Positions 11,254-26,200 of a stretch of DNA of 64,000 nucleotides are shown one piece after another. The notes below the pieces were generated by a model. The model saw only the letters and a program-made list of their open reading frames with translations. It was not told where the DNA came from and ran no database searches. This DNA is from Catajapyx aquilonaris (taxonomy: Eukaryota), in contig KZ538385.1 of assembly GCA_000934665.2 (NCBI GenBank), positions 1-64,000 of the forward strand, given 5' to 3'. The translations under genes and the position numbers were made by a program. The stretch's first letter is position 1; every line of letters starts with the position of its first letter.

Positions 11254-14200
11254 GTGAGTCATTTCAAATCGATGGTCCCTGTCATTTTGTTGCGTGTGGA
11301 CGAATACAATGGAAAAGGGGAAATTTTTGCAGACAATGGGTTGGGCTTTCCACTCGATAGGTTAATACAGCTGAAAATTGGGTGATTACAGGCCTGGACA
11401 CTGACACAAGTGTCCGAAAGGTCGTTCACACAAGTGCTGGAACGAACCTTAGAGGCCCCTGAGAAGTTACTGTGGCAAAGTTGTTGTTGGTACTTGCGCG
11501 AGTGTGGGTGCGCAATCGGTTGCGCTCGTTTAAAAAAAAAAATCATATTATATCCTGGACAAACAGAGGCAAGAATCAGTGATGCAATTCGTACTGGTGC
11601 TATAATATTAACTCGTGAATTAGAGGGCCTTCAACTATAGCCTGTGCACCTAAAGGGCTCCAAATTTACTCGATGTGCTGTCCCCTGCAAGCTCCCACAT
11701 AACCTAATAACAGATGCGTTAAAATGGAGATTGCAGATAAATCGTCATTAAAACGGTTTGTAGCCCCCCGTAACTGCACTAATGGGAGGACATAAATGCG
11801 GAATTAAATCAACTCAGAGGTGGCAGTCAATCATCCTGATTTCCAGTCATCAGCATCCAGCAAGGATGAACCGCACGATTTTTCCGAAATTATTGGCGTG
11901 CCAAAAATAGCAACAATTTTCTCCCAGTAACCGCAAAAGTACCGTTTCAGGTTCAGCAATCTCGGCTCAAGGTCGACATGTGACGTTACGTAATCGTTAC
12001 TCAATTTGAGTCACGTGCCTCATGCGCCGGGTGCATTTATGGCACATGAATTTGCTCACAAGTATCGCTCCTGTTATTCCCTGCTCAAGGGCAAGGGATC
12101 ATAAAAATAATGTTGTTAAAAAAAATTTAATGGTGGATTCCATGGTGCTTGGCTGGAGGTCATCCGAAAGGAGAGCCCTTCCTTCCGCGGAAACAATGGT
12201 GTTCATTCAAGTGTTGCCCTCCTCTTATCAATTGGTGAAGGAAGTTCCTCCAAGCCCTTGAGCTGGTCGGATGCTAAGGAGTCTCTCGAGGCCCATTTGA
12301 ATCCGAAGGGGGGCACCGTATGTAGCACCACTTTGGGACGCAGGGGGTCCTAACTTTAGTTTATCCGGGACAGTATCATTTCCGCTCAAGCACCGGAGTC
12401 AGATTTTCCGTTTCGATGAGCTCGTCCACTTTAAACTTGGAATAGGGAACATGGATGAACAATGTTGGAAACATTGTGCACAGTGCACTCCAGACGAACG
12501 TTATTGTGGCTTTACCAATTTGCAAATCTAGCAACACTGTTTCCTGGAAATTGTCAGATTGGCAACGCTGCCATTTAGCTTCTGCTATTATTACTGCACA
12601 CGGTTTTTACACCGAAGCAAAAAAAGCCATAGAATGCAACGAGTATACAGGGAAGTAATGACAAGGTTGCCTCCCAAAAAACGAAAATTATGCGAGCGAA
12701 GGACCTTACCGGATGCTATAATACGAAGGACTCACCATCTGGCAAGTGTGGTTTTAGATGAAAGATGCAATTACAGAATTACAGGCACCTATCAAAACTA
12801 TGACTGGAAATTAGGGTTTCCATTGTTGGTCTTCGGACAAACACATCCGCTCCAGATAATATTCTGGAAGAGCCATAGAAGCATAGGATTTTCTGGTCGG
12901 ATGGAATTATTGGCTCAGTCAGCCTCCGGGGAAGTTCCACAAACTCCGCAGCCTTTTACCACCGCTATAATTCATTCATAGTTGCTGGGACGAGGGAAAA
13001 GCGCACCCGTGCGAACAAAAGGACCGCCATTCAACCTAGGAAAAGGAGTCTGGTGACTTTTTTCAAACCCTCCCTCTCTTCCTCTCCAAGAAAACTTTAT
13101 CTGGAAACCCCATTCGAGGTGAGCCAATAAGGATAGTTAGTTCCGCTGACAGAACTATCAAGCTTAGCAAGTATATCCCAGCAGCTCCCTAATAGCAAAG
13201 TGCTACTGCCAGGAAATGAGGCGAAAACTGACAGGAATTTGTTCAGTCCACAACTTGGCAACAATGGACGTAGCACCATGTGTCTCATATAGATGGCGCA
13301 CGAATTCGTTCAGTCCACAACTTTGCATTGGTGTCATCTGTGTGGATTTTGGTTGACCGCACCACAGTACTGTCCGTCTTGCGACCCTGCCAGGCACGGT
13401 ACGTCGCATTTGATGATTTCAGTTATTCTGAATCTTCTAGCTGCAACTGTCCGGAACTAAGGGGGCCATCGACTCTGTGTGTGTATAGAAGGGTCTCAGA
13501 CAACGGTCCAGTTTTATGGGGGCCAGGCATTGTCCAGTCCAGTCCAGTCCAGTTGGGGAAGGAAAAGGAGGGGGGACCAAACGAAAAGGTCATCGGTGCC
13601 ACGTTTAAAAGGGACAGGCTGGCTGTCAAAAGCAAGAAAACTTTCCAATGCGTGAACATCGGTTGGTAATATACTCGAAAGTAATATCGGACGAAATACC
13701 CTGGGGTAGTGAAAATCGCGAAAAAAGAATTGGCGAACCCCCCACCAATAGGCCTGGGATTGAATTATGGAAATATAATTGGAGGGAGATGGCCGACTGG
13801 CCCTTTCCAAAAGGGAAAATGGCCGATGTTGTCTGTGTTCCCAGAAGGGGTTAATGGACCAAGTTTGTGTAGTTAAAGCAGGTTGTCAGAATCTGATTCG
13901 AAGGATTGCTTGGAGGAAGCGAAATTCTCGCGATTTTTTTTAACGACGGTTTCGTGACCGCCTGTTTCGATACTTTGATATCATAGTTTAATCAGAACTA
14001 TAGTGTTCTCGAATTAAGATGTGAGCCACGTTTCTAGGGGCGGCTTCTTCTGGAGCATCTTCCTTGGTTGGAAGGGGAGGAGGGTGAAAAGATTGATGGA
14101 GGGAACTTGATGAGAGCTACAGGGTCCACCCATCGACCCTTTTTGGAAACGAATCGATGGTATCCGGATGAGATGGCGGACAAAAATGTTTGCGGTTGTT

Positions 14201-17200
14201 GACAACTGTCCTTCCGCATCCAGAGGTTTTGCTGATGGTATCTAGATGGCTACAGGGACACTCCTTTTAAAGTGGTTGGGGATACGGTCACCGCCCTTCT
14301 GTAACCACTTCAAGCCTTGTTTACAACTAAGCTTCTGAAGAGCACTTGTCCAACTGGCACAAAAATGCTGAAAATATCAACAAAAATACATGCGGTTGTG
14401 TCCATAGCCTTCCGCATCATCCAGCCTTGGTTTCTCACGCGAGGAAATGCGAATTTTTTTTTCGCGAAATTGCACGATTCGGCTCGTGCAAGGACGCCAG
14501 TTCACCCCCGGAGACTGTCCCGGAGACAAGACACGCGAATGGGAATTGTGTAACGCTGCACGTTACAACCTTGACGGTCATCATCTCACGTCATCACGCG
14601 TTTGCTCCATTTTCCGCCCCGAAAAATTTATAATAAACTGCACGAGCGCAACCGAGTGCGCACCCACACTCGCGCAGCTCCATTGTTCTGACAACAACGT
14701 TGCCAGAGTTATCTCTCAGGTGGCCAAACCCTTAGCCCAGCGCCTTGCAACTCCTACGATACGGTCGCGTACTTCTAGAGTCTCCGTCACCCAGGATTTA
14801 GCGCTGTCGTTGTTCACTGGGGTGCACTTGGTTCAGAAGGCGTCCGCCCGAGTTCGTCAGGTAACTCGCTCCCACAGTGAGCCACGCCAGCGCCAAATCC
14901 TGGGTGGCGGAGACCCTGGAAGTGCACTACCATCACCATAAGGCTAGGGTGGGAGTTGCAGGGGGATGCCGTAGCCTTTTTGAGGTTCATTCGCTTAGGC
15001 TGACCATTATTTTGTTTCTCTCAAAGGGTAGCGTTGGAAATAAGTGCAGTGTGCAGCGCAGTACTTCCATTCTACAGAGAGCTTAACCAACCATCATTGA
15101 TAATGCCAACCGTGCCATTCCTTTCTGTAAAGCTATTTTTGAGTTGTGCGTTAGGACATGTCTACATGACTTTGTCGTGACTTTTCCCAAATATTTTCGG
15201 GGGCATTTGGTCCACCTCTGAGGCACGATTCAGCTTGAGCCTGGAAAACCCGTCCATTTGCCACAAGTGTCTGCTGCCGTCGGGGAGGTCGTAAATGGCC
15301 CTATTTAGTTGAGGGGACTGGAAGGGGGGGACTTGGCGCCCCCCCGTCAACACTTGGCGCCACTGATCCATTGTCGTAAATTTTCTTCTTCCAGGGATTC
15401 CAGGAATGCAACCTGCGCTGCTTCTGGAACCCGACCCTGATGGACGCCATACATGCTATGGAATACAGGGGTTATCTATGCCCTGCGACCCTGTTGGTCA
15501 CTGGAAGCCAGAGTCATCTGGAGGTGGTCAGAGGAGCATGGGCCAGGAGGGTGCTCAAAGCGCCTTCTAATTACGTCATTACACTTGTTGGTAAGTACTC
15601 ATTCGTAATCATTGCACAAGACTCGAAGGACGCGCCTTTTGTCATCAGGAACCAGGAAAAATATAAAGGGGGTTTGGCAGGCGATAAACTACTGATTTAG
15701 AAAATGTAAACAGTGTCGTTAATATCTGACACTCCTTTTTAAAGGCGGATTTACATGCGACATGATTCATCAATATTCATGGAAACATGGACCAAAAATG
15801 GCGGCACTTTCCCCCCATGTGACCTACCTCCATTAGTTGTGAAGGAAATGCACTTGATGTTAAGCGCCGCCATTTTGAATACAATTTCCATGAAGTCTGC
15901 TGCAATGCGACGATATTTTGTCTGCAATTGTCTCTCTCCCCCTGCTGCTGCCAGCAAAAAACGATATTGGCCCAATTGGCCCAGATAAACCAGCGTCGTT
16001 TTATGTCGCGAGTGCGGTTACAGCTGGACTGTTACGAAGCTTCAAATGGGATCATACTCTGGACAGTTTTGTCAGGATAATAGGACGGGAGAGGGCTTGT
16101 TATGTGCGCGAGGGATCTGGTGCTTATGAGTCACACGCGCCGACATTTTGGGGCCAGACTAGCCATATATTTTGTGTGTCAAAACCATGTTTAGAACCTA
16201 TCCACTATTTTAAATAAATATAATTAAACAATGGTCAAATCCGAAGAGATCTGCAGCCATTAACACGTTTCGGAGACGATTTAATTAGTATGCATCGCCG
16301 GCTTGGAGGATTATTTTTACTAATTACTTCTTAAGAGACCTTCGCAACCCATTGCGAAAGGTGGCAAAAGCCAGCAGCAGCTCCCGTCATCACATCAAAA
16401 AAAGCGTTTCGGGGCTACTCACGTCGCATGGGAATTAATTTTCGCAACACCGATCCTTGACACGAATATTAAAACGCTATACCTTCTCCTTCCGCCCACA
16501 TCGGGGGGGTCATCGCATTAGAATAATAATAATTTACACACAAAAAAAATACTGAGACGAATCAATAAGTTCAATCAATGTGTAAGTGTTGCAATGCATT
16601 TTGCATCTTTTTGCTATCTCTGCAATAAGCGATTTGCGTCATTACTTTATTTTCGCACATGCTTTTTTTCCTGATTACACGAAGTAGAGACATAAAAATA
16701 CAAGTGCCTGCTGAGTCAGAATTTATTTCCGCAAGCCTTTCATTAGCTGGTTTTTATTTCTGGACATGTAATAATTGCAGCCGATAATATGTCGAATGAT
16801 TTAAAACATACTTTCAAAGGCTTGAGTCGGGTTTAATTTTTTTCCTCTTGAAATAATAGGCGTTTCTTGGAACAAGGTGTCGAATAAATTATGATTTTGG
16901 ATAATAATTTATTTTTCCACAGAAGGAACTTTTCCTTAATGATCTTGCTCCGTTATATTAGACAACTCCGTAACCGCTACACATCCGGTGCTATAGGTTC
17001 GTATATAGACGATATAATATTCCAAGGCGATTGGAATACATTTGAATGCATTTTCTTATAGCTTCTTCTTCTTCCGGCACACCTTGAGTCCGTCGCATGA
17101 AAACAAAAGGTGCTGCTGGTTTCGCAAATAAAATATCCTGCAGGATGTTCCCTTTATGCTTGACTATCGCCCGTAACAAGTTCTATAGAAACCGGTCTCA

Positions 17201-20200
17201 CCTTGACAAAAACTTGGAAAAAATTTCCTTTTGCCATGACTCCTGGAGACAAAAATTCAGGCGTTGAAGGCACGCCATTACGAGCACGAGCCATTACGTA
17301 AAGGCCGAACATGAACTCTATCATCCATAAATCCTTTTTTTAAATATAAAAAAAGACATACACAAAAAAGTGGGCCAAAGTGCAAGCCCCCAAAGTTCCT
17401 GAAAAGGCACGATTTTTATACAAGGTATTTGAAAATCGTGATCACTTTTTTTTTAAAAGGTTTGTCAAACCATATATTTATGATTATGATGAAAGTTGCT
17501 TTCTTAAGTAGGCGTGATCACAAAAATCATGATTGTTATCACCCATTTTTTTTAGCCATCTTATAACTTTCCACATGACTAACATGGGAGGCAGCGCCCA
17601 AAATTTTTTGGCTCAAAAAATTAATTGAGTTTGAATAACTTTCACGCACATCATAGTTTTTTTTCTTCTTCTGTTGCCAACCTATGAATGAAGGCTAATC
17701 TTTGCTGCGATTACAGGGCGTGAATGAACGTCCTTCATGCTAATCTAGAACCGGTGAGGACACTCCATTCACCCGGATCACTTTGCCTTCTCCTATACCT
17801 TCTTTGAGGCGCATAATATGTCTGGGGTCATAGGTCAAGGTCGTGTGTTCTGGAACGTGGCTGTGTAGGAAGAGGAGGGATATATGGGGCTGCCTTTTTG
17901 GGCAAATCCAAGGCCCTTTAAGACAGGAAATTATTGACACCTGACCACACCTGTTCTCCATCGGTAATCTTCCGAATCCAATCATTAAGATCAAAAATAC
18001 TTGGCACGTTCATGAGCCGTACTTCCGTCGAAAAGTTTTTTGTTGTTGGTTTTAAAGCGCGCAATTGTACGGTAAGTGATGCGTATTTTTAAAATTTGTG
18101 AAACAGAACACGAAATTTTTTTGTCGGTTAGTTTTAGGGTTTTGATCCTTGCGTGTGAATGACCCTGCCACATAGGGTGTTACTGATGAAATTGTTAGCA
18201 CGAATCATATAGAATTGGCTAGGCGATACTCTGTCCACGGTCGTCACCAACGTGCATATAGTACTACTTTTTACCTGAGAACGGCAGTAGTGTTACATAT
18301 AGAATTGTAGGCTAGGTGACTCATTACCAACGTACATGTAGTGCCACGTTTTCCCAAAGAGCAGCAGTAGTGTGCAGAGAGGGAGGCGCGCCATCTGTTG
18401 AGGGGCTTGTCGAACTGTATCAAAGTTGGAAGCAGGCCGGGCAGTGTTGACAAGTTTGGGTTCACTACTAGTAGTTTTAGATAATGAAAGTATTGCAAGT
18501 GGACCTTCAACTACAGTCACCTGCCTTTCCTTACAATTTGCATGCGAATATTAATTCGCACCCGCCTTCCCGGAAATGATCAGCACATTTTGACAGCCCA
18601 TTTAATATACATGGTAAAAATTTTTCGAGGTCCTTTCACACGCATGGTCATTACGCCCTTTTTTTCTCTCCTTCCAAGATATATTCACGCACGGGGGGTC
18701 CTTTCCAGAATGATTTCTAGTCCGTGTAAAGGCGGATGAGAGTATACCCTACTTGGAACTCTCTTGTCGGCCTTCCACATACTGCATGGCCTCAACCATA
18801 TGTTGCATGTGTGGGCATCGGCCTTTCACATATGTTATAGATGTGGTCAGTTTGCGAAATAAACCGGCTGAAAGTCCGGTTCTAAGAACTGTATTGCACA
18901 GACTATCCTGGCAGTGATTAATGTCGTTTTAATTTGACCGCGGATTAAGTCTTGATTCAATCGGCAACGTTGGCGAATCTGGTCGAGGCAAGCCCAGGCT
19001 TTGGGGGGGTTTATCTTTTAGTGTGAGACGTGATTCGCCTGGTGATGGCCCGCAAATATCGAGGCGTGGTCGGTTCGTTCGAAGGCATCTTGCGGCCCTG
19101 TCTGTCTGTCGCCCTACCTTGATGGAAAGCTAATACTTGTCTGGGTCCACGACACTTTCACTGCGGGGCATGCCTTGCCTCTCCTATATTGACGCTTCCA
19201 ATCAACGACCCAGCCCATGTGGTCAATATTCTGGCCCAAAGTACATTGGTACCACCATGCCGGATTTTGGGCCTCTTCATATGTAGCCGAACCAGCCTAT
19301 GAGTTGTCCGGAGTGGGTTGCAGCACACACTCTTTTACTAGCGCAATCGAAGGCGCACCCATACTCGCCCAGCTCCATTGATACCCCCATGCAGGAGCCA
19401 AAAAATTAGTCCCACTCTGAGAGCCTTGGCAACGTCGCAAACATCTGCCATTTTGTATCCCCAAACGTAGCGTTGGAAATAAGTGCAGCGATTATTTACC
19501 AGTACACACTATAGAGAGCCTCGAGTCAAAGAATCGCCAACTTCTGACGTCACTGTCGACTCAGATTGGCTGGAGTGGCTACATCCAATCGGAGTCGACC
19601 GTGACGTCAGAGCCGGTCACTTTTCCCATAGAAATGCAAGATGGCGGCTTCCATAGGATACGTAAAGAGTCAATAATTACGCTCCAGGCAATCAGAGACG
19701 ACATGACAGCAGAAGTTGGCGACTCTCTGACTCGAGGTTCTCTAGTACAGTACACACACCATACAAAGAGCTTACCAGCTCAGCTATCAATGATAATTCC
19801 AACAGTGTACCCTGCGCGAACTGTGGTGCGTATTCAGTTGAGTTCGTTACAAAATTCATGTAACAATCGTATGGCGCAACGTGTGCTATTTATTTACGAC
19901 CAATTGGAGAGTAATGTAGATGTGTATGTCCTTTTAGTCGCCCCCTTAGGTACCGGACTAATGAGATTTACGCAACGAAACCTATAGCACTGTCCAAATC
20001 CGGCGGACAAGTTTTGAGGTAGGGTTCAGTGAACTTGTTCAGCAGGCGGACAAGTTCTACATTTAAAAACGACTTAACTGGTAGCTTCTCAGGTCGAACT
20101 GGTCCCCACGACGTATTAAATGCACACCAGTCGTCGTGGTTTTGATAACCATCGCCAGGCTTCCGTGTTTATGCCCCCATGATGAGGACAAGGCAACGCT

Positions 20201-23200
20201 GCGAAGTTGACCGCAGACTGGTCCTCTTCATTTTTGCTTCATTCTTGTTACGCATCTCTTTGCTCTGATTTGTTGCGTGTTTCTGGACAAAAATGGGTTA
20301 CACGACCAAGAACCGGTTGACGTGACATTTTGATTACACTTGTGGGTATGAATGTGGCGCCTCGATTTAACACTTCCAAATGTTAATGGAGCATAAAACT
20401 AACTGGAATGTTTCATTTTAACGATAGTAATTAGAACCGAACTCTAGACTTATTTACATTTATCTTGATTACGGTGCAAACTGTAAATCGTATGAAATCC
20501 ACTGTCAAGCCTTTTTCCCCCCACATTTTGCATTTATTTTTATTATGGTGCAAATTGTAAATGTGACATTTGGCAAAGATTTGGCCTCTGATTATGTCGC
20601 TTAAACTACAGTAGTAATTAATATATTTATGTTAAAGTAGAAAATAGCGTAAAATATGTACTTTTGCCTGAACTCAAATATAATTATTTTATTATTTATT
20701 AGGCGATACTAGCATGAACTTCATTTTTCTTATTGAAAAATGGCAGTGAAGTAATTAATAAATAAGTAAAATAATTATGACATTAAAATAACAAGGAGGG
20801 AACATGAATAAGATAAAATTACAATTAATGCACTTAAAACTTATTAATGCAAATAAATATAAATATATAGAATTTAATTTTTGATCAAGTTAATTTTTCC
20901 CGCCAAAAATTAATGAGAAAAGAATCGAGTGTCGATATTTAGGATATTTTGAGTGTTAGAAATATTTTTTTTTTTCACAGTTATTATACTTTCACCATGA
21001 CCATAGCAACATTTTCTCTCTTATTAACACGTCGTCAAATATCTGAACGTAATCTTCATTACTTCCTGATATGTTGTGCGTGCCGCATTGGGAAACTTAA
21101 AAAAATTTGCGTCACCAACTTTTACTCATTTTCACTCCAGCCATCCAAGTTATGCAGATTGGCTCATTACACCACATTTTCTTCGCACGTTTTTGAGCCA
21201 TGTTTCATCCCACCTGCCATTTTACCTTTATAATAAAGACATTTTTTGATGGTTGGGGGGGGGGGGGTTTGAACGAAAGCGTGTGTGTGTTCATATCCTG
21301 AAGGAGTTTGGCCGGATTCACACGGTGGGTACCCCGATTAGAATGGCACACGACGACCATCATCATCATTCTCTCTCTCTTTTTAGGCCCCGGGTTAACA
21401 ATGGGATTGGCCCACGGGGTGTGGCCCAGCTTCTTTAGCTTTGGGAAAATGGCCCCTGGGTCTCCTCCTTTCTCTGTTTTGTTCCACGGGGGCGAGCTTT
21501 TGAGGAGCACGACAGACTTTCGCAGTGTCTCTTCGGCCCAAAGCTTAATGACACTGCAATTAAGTGCATTCTTTTCTGGCACTCAAACGGAGGCGAAAGT
21601 TATCAACTCCGCTTTGATTGGACGGGATTAAAAACGTAAGGGCTAGAGCCCCCACACTTTCTTATTTACAAAACAGCAGATGGCCCACCCAAACTTCGTT
21701 TTTTCCAAGGTGGAAGTAACTTTCTATCCGATTCAGCAGGATTAATCAGACACAAAGGAGATGTAAGGTGTCATCAAAGGGGCCATCCGGATTAATTCCG
21801 GATTCGGCGATAAAACCACACCTTTCTTCGAATGAGGAAGCCTCACTTTCTCCAGAAGTGTGTACAGTCACGAGCAGGAAGGTGGGACAGCTACTTCTCC
21901 AAGACTATGGCAACCTTGACATTGCGAGTTTTCACTGATTTTGTCAAATAGGTAGCAATGTAAATGCTAATACAAATAAACGAAACTAACAAGGAAAATT
22001 CAATTAGCAAAAGAAATTAACGTGATTGACTTGGGCTACTAAGGAATTAATCAGGGGGTCAGTTGAAATTAATGAGATCAATTAAGCAGCTTAATAATTT
22101 AAAAAAAAACGTACGGTAATTACTCATCGAGTTAATATATTGTCTCCAGATCTGTTACACATGTAATGGGCGATCTTTGTCAGGTTTTGCGCTAATAAGT
22201 TGGCAGTGTAATGATCCGAGAGTTACATGTCATTAGGAAGAGACAATTCGTTGCTCGACCCTCACGAACAGGGCATAAAAGGGTCCTGAAGTGCGGGTCG
22301 AGTCACGAGCAAAGGAGACAGTAACCTTACAGCAGGTGCACTTATTACCTGTATCCCCCCCCCCCCNCCCGACTGATTTCGACTCTTTTTTTGAGAAGGG
22401 GAGAAAGGTGAAAGTGTGTGGAACCTTTTCGGGGAGATCCCGATGTGAGATATACAACAAGGCCCTCTCTATATGGGTATTTAGAAGCTCTTTCACTGTG
22501 TGAGGGCATTGTTTTGTTTTGAAGAGAGAAAAAAACTCTCTCGTTGTGTTTGGAATTTGCCAAACGCAATTTTTTGGTAAGGGGAAGAGTCGACCTGCTT
22601 ACAATAGAGTTCATGTACCTTGATAAGCATGCTTTTGATCAATACCTTCACTTTTTCTTTAGCTTGAAACAGGAGGGGAAGAAGTTTAAAAAGTGAGAGC
22701 AGCCACGTGCAATTAAGTTTTCATTTTATTCCTCCCCAGAAAAGTTAGGCTTATCTTCTTTTTTTAAACGTAGAGGGGGAGTTGGTCATTAGGGAAATTA
22801 AACGTAAGCCACTTTTTTTTTGAAGCTGATAAGGCCAAAAGTGTAAGTGGGTGCTTAGCCCTTGGCAAGGTCCCTTTTTATTCGCACAGTCGCGAAACAT
22901 TGAGACGTGGGCTTTGCAAATGACCAGAAAACCCCTCTCTTATGTCTCCCCCGGCTCAGGACCTAATAAGGCCTGGTTGGATGCTGGGAGTGGCATTCAA
23001 ACGAGGATAAAAGATTGACGTGTGCTGTTGTAAGCTAGAAAAGAAATCAGTAGATGGCGCAGGCTTACTAATACGCTATTTATCTCCATCGGATGTTTGT
23101 CCGACCTGTCTGGCAGCCGATTTACCACGTAGTACTATTCTTCACGGATAGATGGCTCACTCTTGCCCTGTACACTCCTGCCACTCGCAAGTCGTGCGGG

Positions 23201-26200
23201 ATATAATGGTACTATCAGCGGATTAGCTCCCAAGATATTTTTGCTTGAACACAGTGCTTCCTTTAAGGAGCTGAGCGCTGATTGCTGGCTGTTAAAGCCC
23301 CTTTTAATTGCTGTGCGTGCTCCCTTGACGCTTCCCAAGCCTCTACTCCCATATGGTTCCAGTCACGTTTGGACAAGAATCCCATTGCCGAGCATACCCC
23401 CAGAACCCATTTCATCCCCAGTTCTCTCTCCCTCTGCGAAAAAAAAAGCCAAACACTTGGCACCCTTCGTCTTCTGCAGGAAGGAGGGCGAAAGAAAAGG
23501 TGGGGGAACGAAGAAAAAGCCTTCTAGGAACGAGGAAAAAGTCCAAAAAGAAAAAAAATTGAGAGACGGCGTGACAGGCATCCTTTTCTTTATATGTATT
23601 TCCTATTGATCCCAACTTTGGCGCCGTCTAAGAATAAGTATAGGCTACTCCTTTTTTCCCCGTACATATGTATGTAGGCCAGAGCAATTAAATGCAATGC
23701 ATTTTCTTATTTCGACTGGTTCTGGTTCTTCCAGCATAAGCTTGCATGGAGGGCATCTAGGAAACCCGGACAAATAATAGCCTTGGGCTGGGTAGAAGGG
23801 GAAGTGCCGTTAATTTTTTTTTAAATATTGCATATTGCTTAGCGTGATTTCTTCAAATCAAGTCAATTTCAATTTGGCCAATGGGATAATGGGGGTTTGC
23901 CCTGTGCGGTAGTCAGATTAGGTGGTTTTGATGCACGTGCTGGATAACACCTTGATGGATGCCGACTCGGCACGGCACCATGTTGATTGGGCACAGCGTT
24001 AGTGTGCATAATGCCGATTTACAGGGTGATTAATAATAATTAATATTCGGTGCACGCCCCCAGATGGATTGCAAGTAAATATACTGTAAAATGTTTAAAA
24101 TATTGAATTTGCTTAACTATAGATGAATTAATGAGCGCGCACCCACACTCGCGCAGCTCCATTGTATGACAACAACGTTGCCAGAGTTACTGTCCGGGAG
24201 CATTAGAGGTTCGTTCCAGAACCATGGCAACGTCGAAAACATCGGCCATTTTGAACCCCCCCCCCCTCCAATCGTAGTGTTGGAAATAAGTGCATCTCAG
24301 TACACTCCCTATACAGAGATATTTTTGATAATGCCAACAGTCCAAGCTGCGCGAACTGTGGTGCGCAATCGTAAAAACGTCATATGTAGTTAAAAGTGAC
24401 GTGACACAATTTTGACAATCGCAGGAGAATGTACAGCGTAAGTAGAAAATTTATTGCTCGAATGCAATGGGGTGTTCGCTCGCGATTTTGCACTTAATTT
24501 TTGCAGGATTATCCGGTTGATTAATATCTGCAATTTTCACCGCCCCATGATGTCGTGTCACGACACGCAGGACACTGTCGATGTCGTACTTACTTCCCTG
24601 CGTGTACAAAAAAGGTAGTAATTAATTGTCCAGCTTAACACGGTTATTTAAATTGTGTCAGGATTGGGGGCCGACCCAAATTTTTTGACAAAAGACTTCC
24701 CGTTATCACGCGAATCACGTAATGCACAACCCTCCCCTCTACCTTCAAGAAAAAGTAATTAACAATCGGTGATGAACAAGCCCCGATTGTTTTCAGCTTC
24801 CAACAATCCTGTTGGCCAGGTTGGCGGGGTCAACCACCTTTGGGCAGCTACTATCACCACGGGTCATCTCTCACATATTGGGGGCATTGATTAGTAATCA
24901 GGGTGCGAACAACATGCTCAAAAAATTATGGGATCACGTTAAGGAAGGTGCGGGGCTCGTAACAATAAGATGATCCAATTTACCTGCCGAGGTGTGTGCC
25001 TTTTAAAATGAGGAATGGGGTGCGGTCCCTTTTTGGTCACTCTTTTTTAAAAAAATGGGCGTGACCCTCACTACATGTTTTTTTTGCACAGTGACCTTCG
25101 GTGACACCTGTGCATGGGGACAGTGACTCTGGTTTTAAAAACGGTGTTGGACAATATTTTATCCACGCCTTGCCGCTTTTTACCACGGAAATTATCACTT
25201 TCACGACACGACATATCACTTGACCTTACCTCAACCGATTCAGGTATTTACCTAACTGGTTTTTGTCCTCCAAGATTTTGGCGTGGGTGGTAGCTTGGGC
25301 AGGTGGCTACCTCGTACAGGTTACTTCATTACTCATCTGGTTGCTAAACCATGCCTGGGTCAAGTATCCGGGAGGAGTTGGCGAACAATTTTTGCGTCCA
25401 AAAAAGGACCGCCATTGAAATTAGCAATTTGTATCGGTGGGTGCTTATATGACAGTAAGTGATGGTTGTATGTCGTGCAAACTGGCCTTGGATTGGGTTG
25501 CACGTTTCAATTTTAAAAAAGGTGGTTGCAGTTTGACTTACAAGGTGTTAAGGTCATTCGGTGACCTCGGATGACAATGGTCTGATTGCGACCATTTATT
25601 TATACACACCCATTATAGGTTCTTTAGACGGAAGTTAGGTAGTGTTAGGTTACAATTTTGGCCAAAATTCTGTCATTTACAGTTTCAGGACAAGGTAGCA
25701 GATCTGAAGCTCAAAATAGCCTCTAAAAGAAGAACCACATGGAGCTAGGCCTAGCTAGGCCTAGCTAGGCCTAGCTCCATGTGGTCCTGTCGTCGCCTTT
25801 CTTGGAGGCTAATTTGAACTTCTGGAAGTGACTGTACCTAACAATCGCATGGGAATCCGACTGTGAAATTAGAACCGGATTATTATTGCACGTGGGGGGA
25901 ATGGAAGAGCAATCAGCAAAATGGCAACGAAGAAAAGAAGTTGAAATGGAATTTATGACAGGAAAAAGGGAGGGGGGTGTCAAATAACATCCGACGAATG
26001 GAAGACACGTGCAACAATCGATCTGAGCATCATCTTTCATATCCGATTACATTTAAAAACGAAAGATTCGATCTTACCATGTGGGTCAGAATATTACATG
26101 TCACCTTGCGTGTTTGAGAACGTGGCTTAAAAAACTTGAATTTAAATTTTTTAGATGTCTCCGAACAGGTTAAGTCACATGCGACAATCAGGTTTGGATT

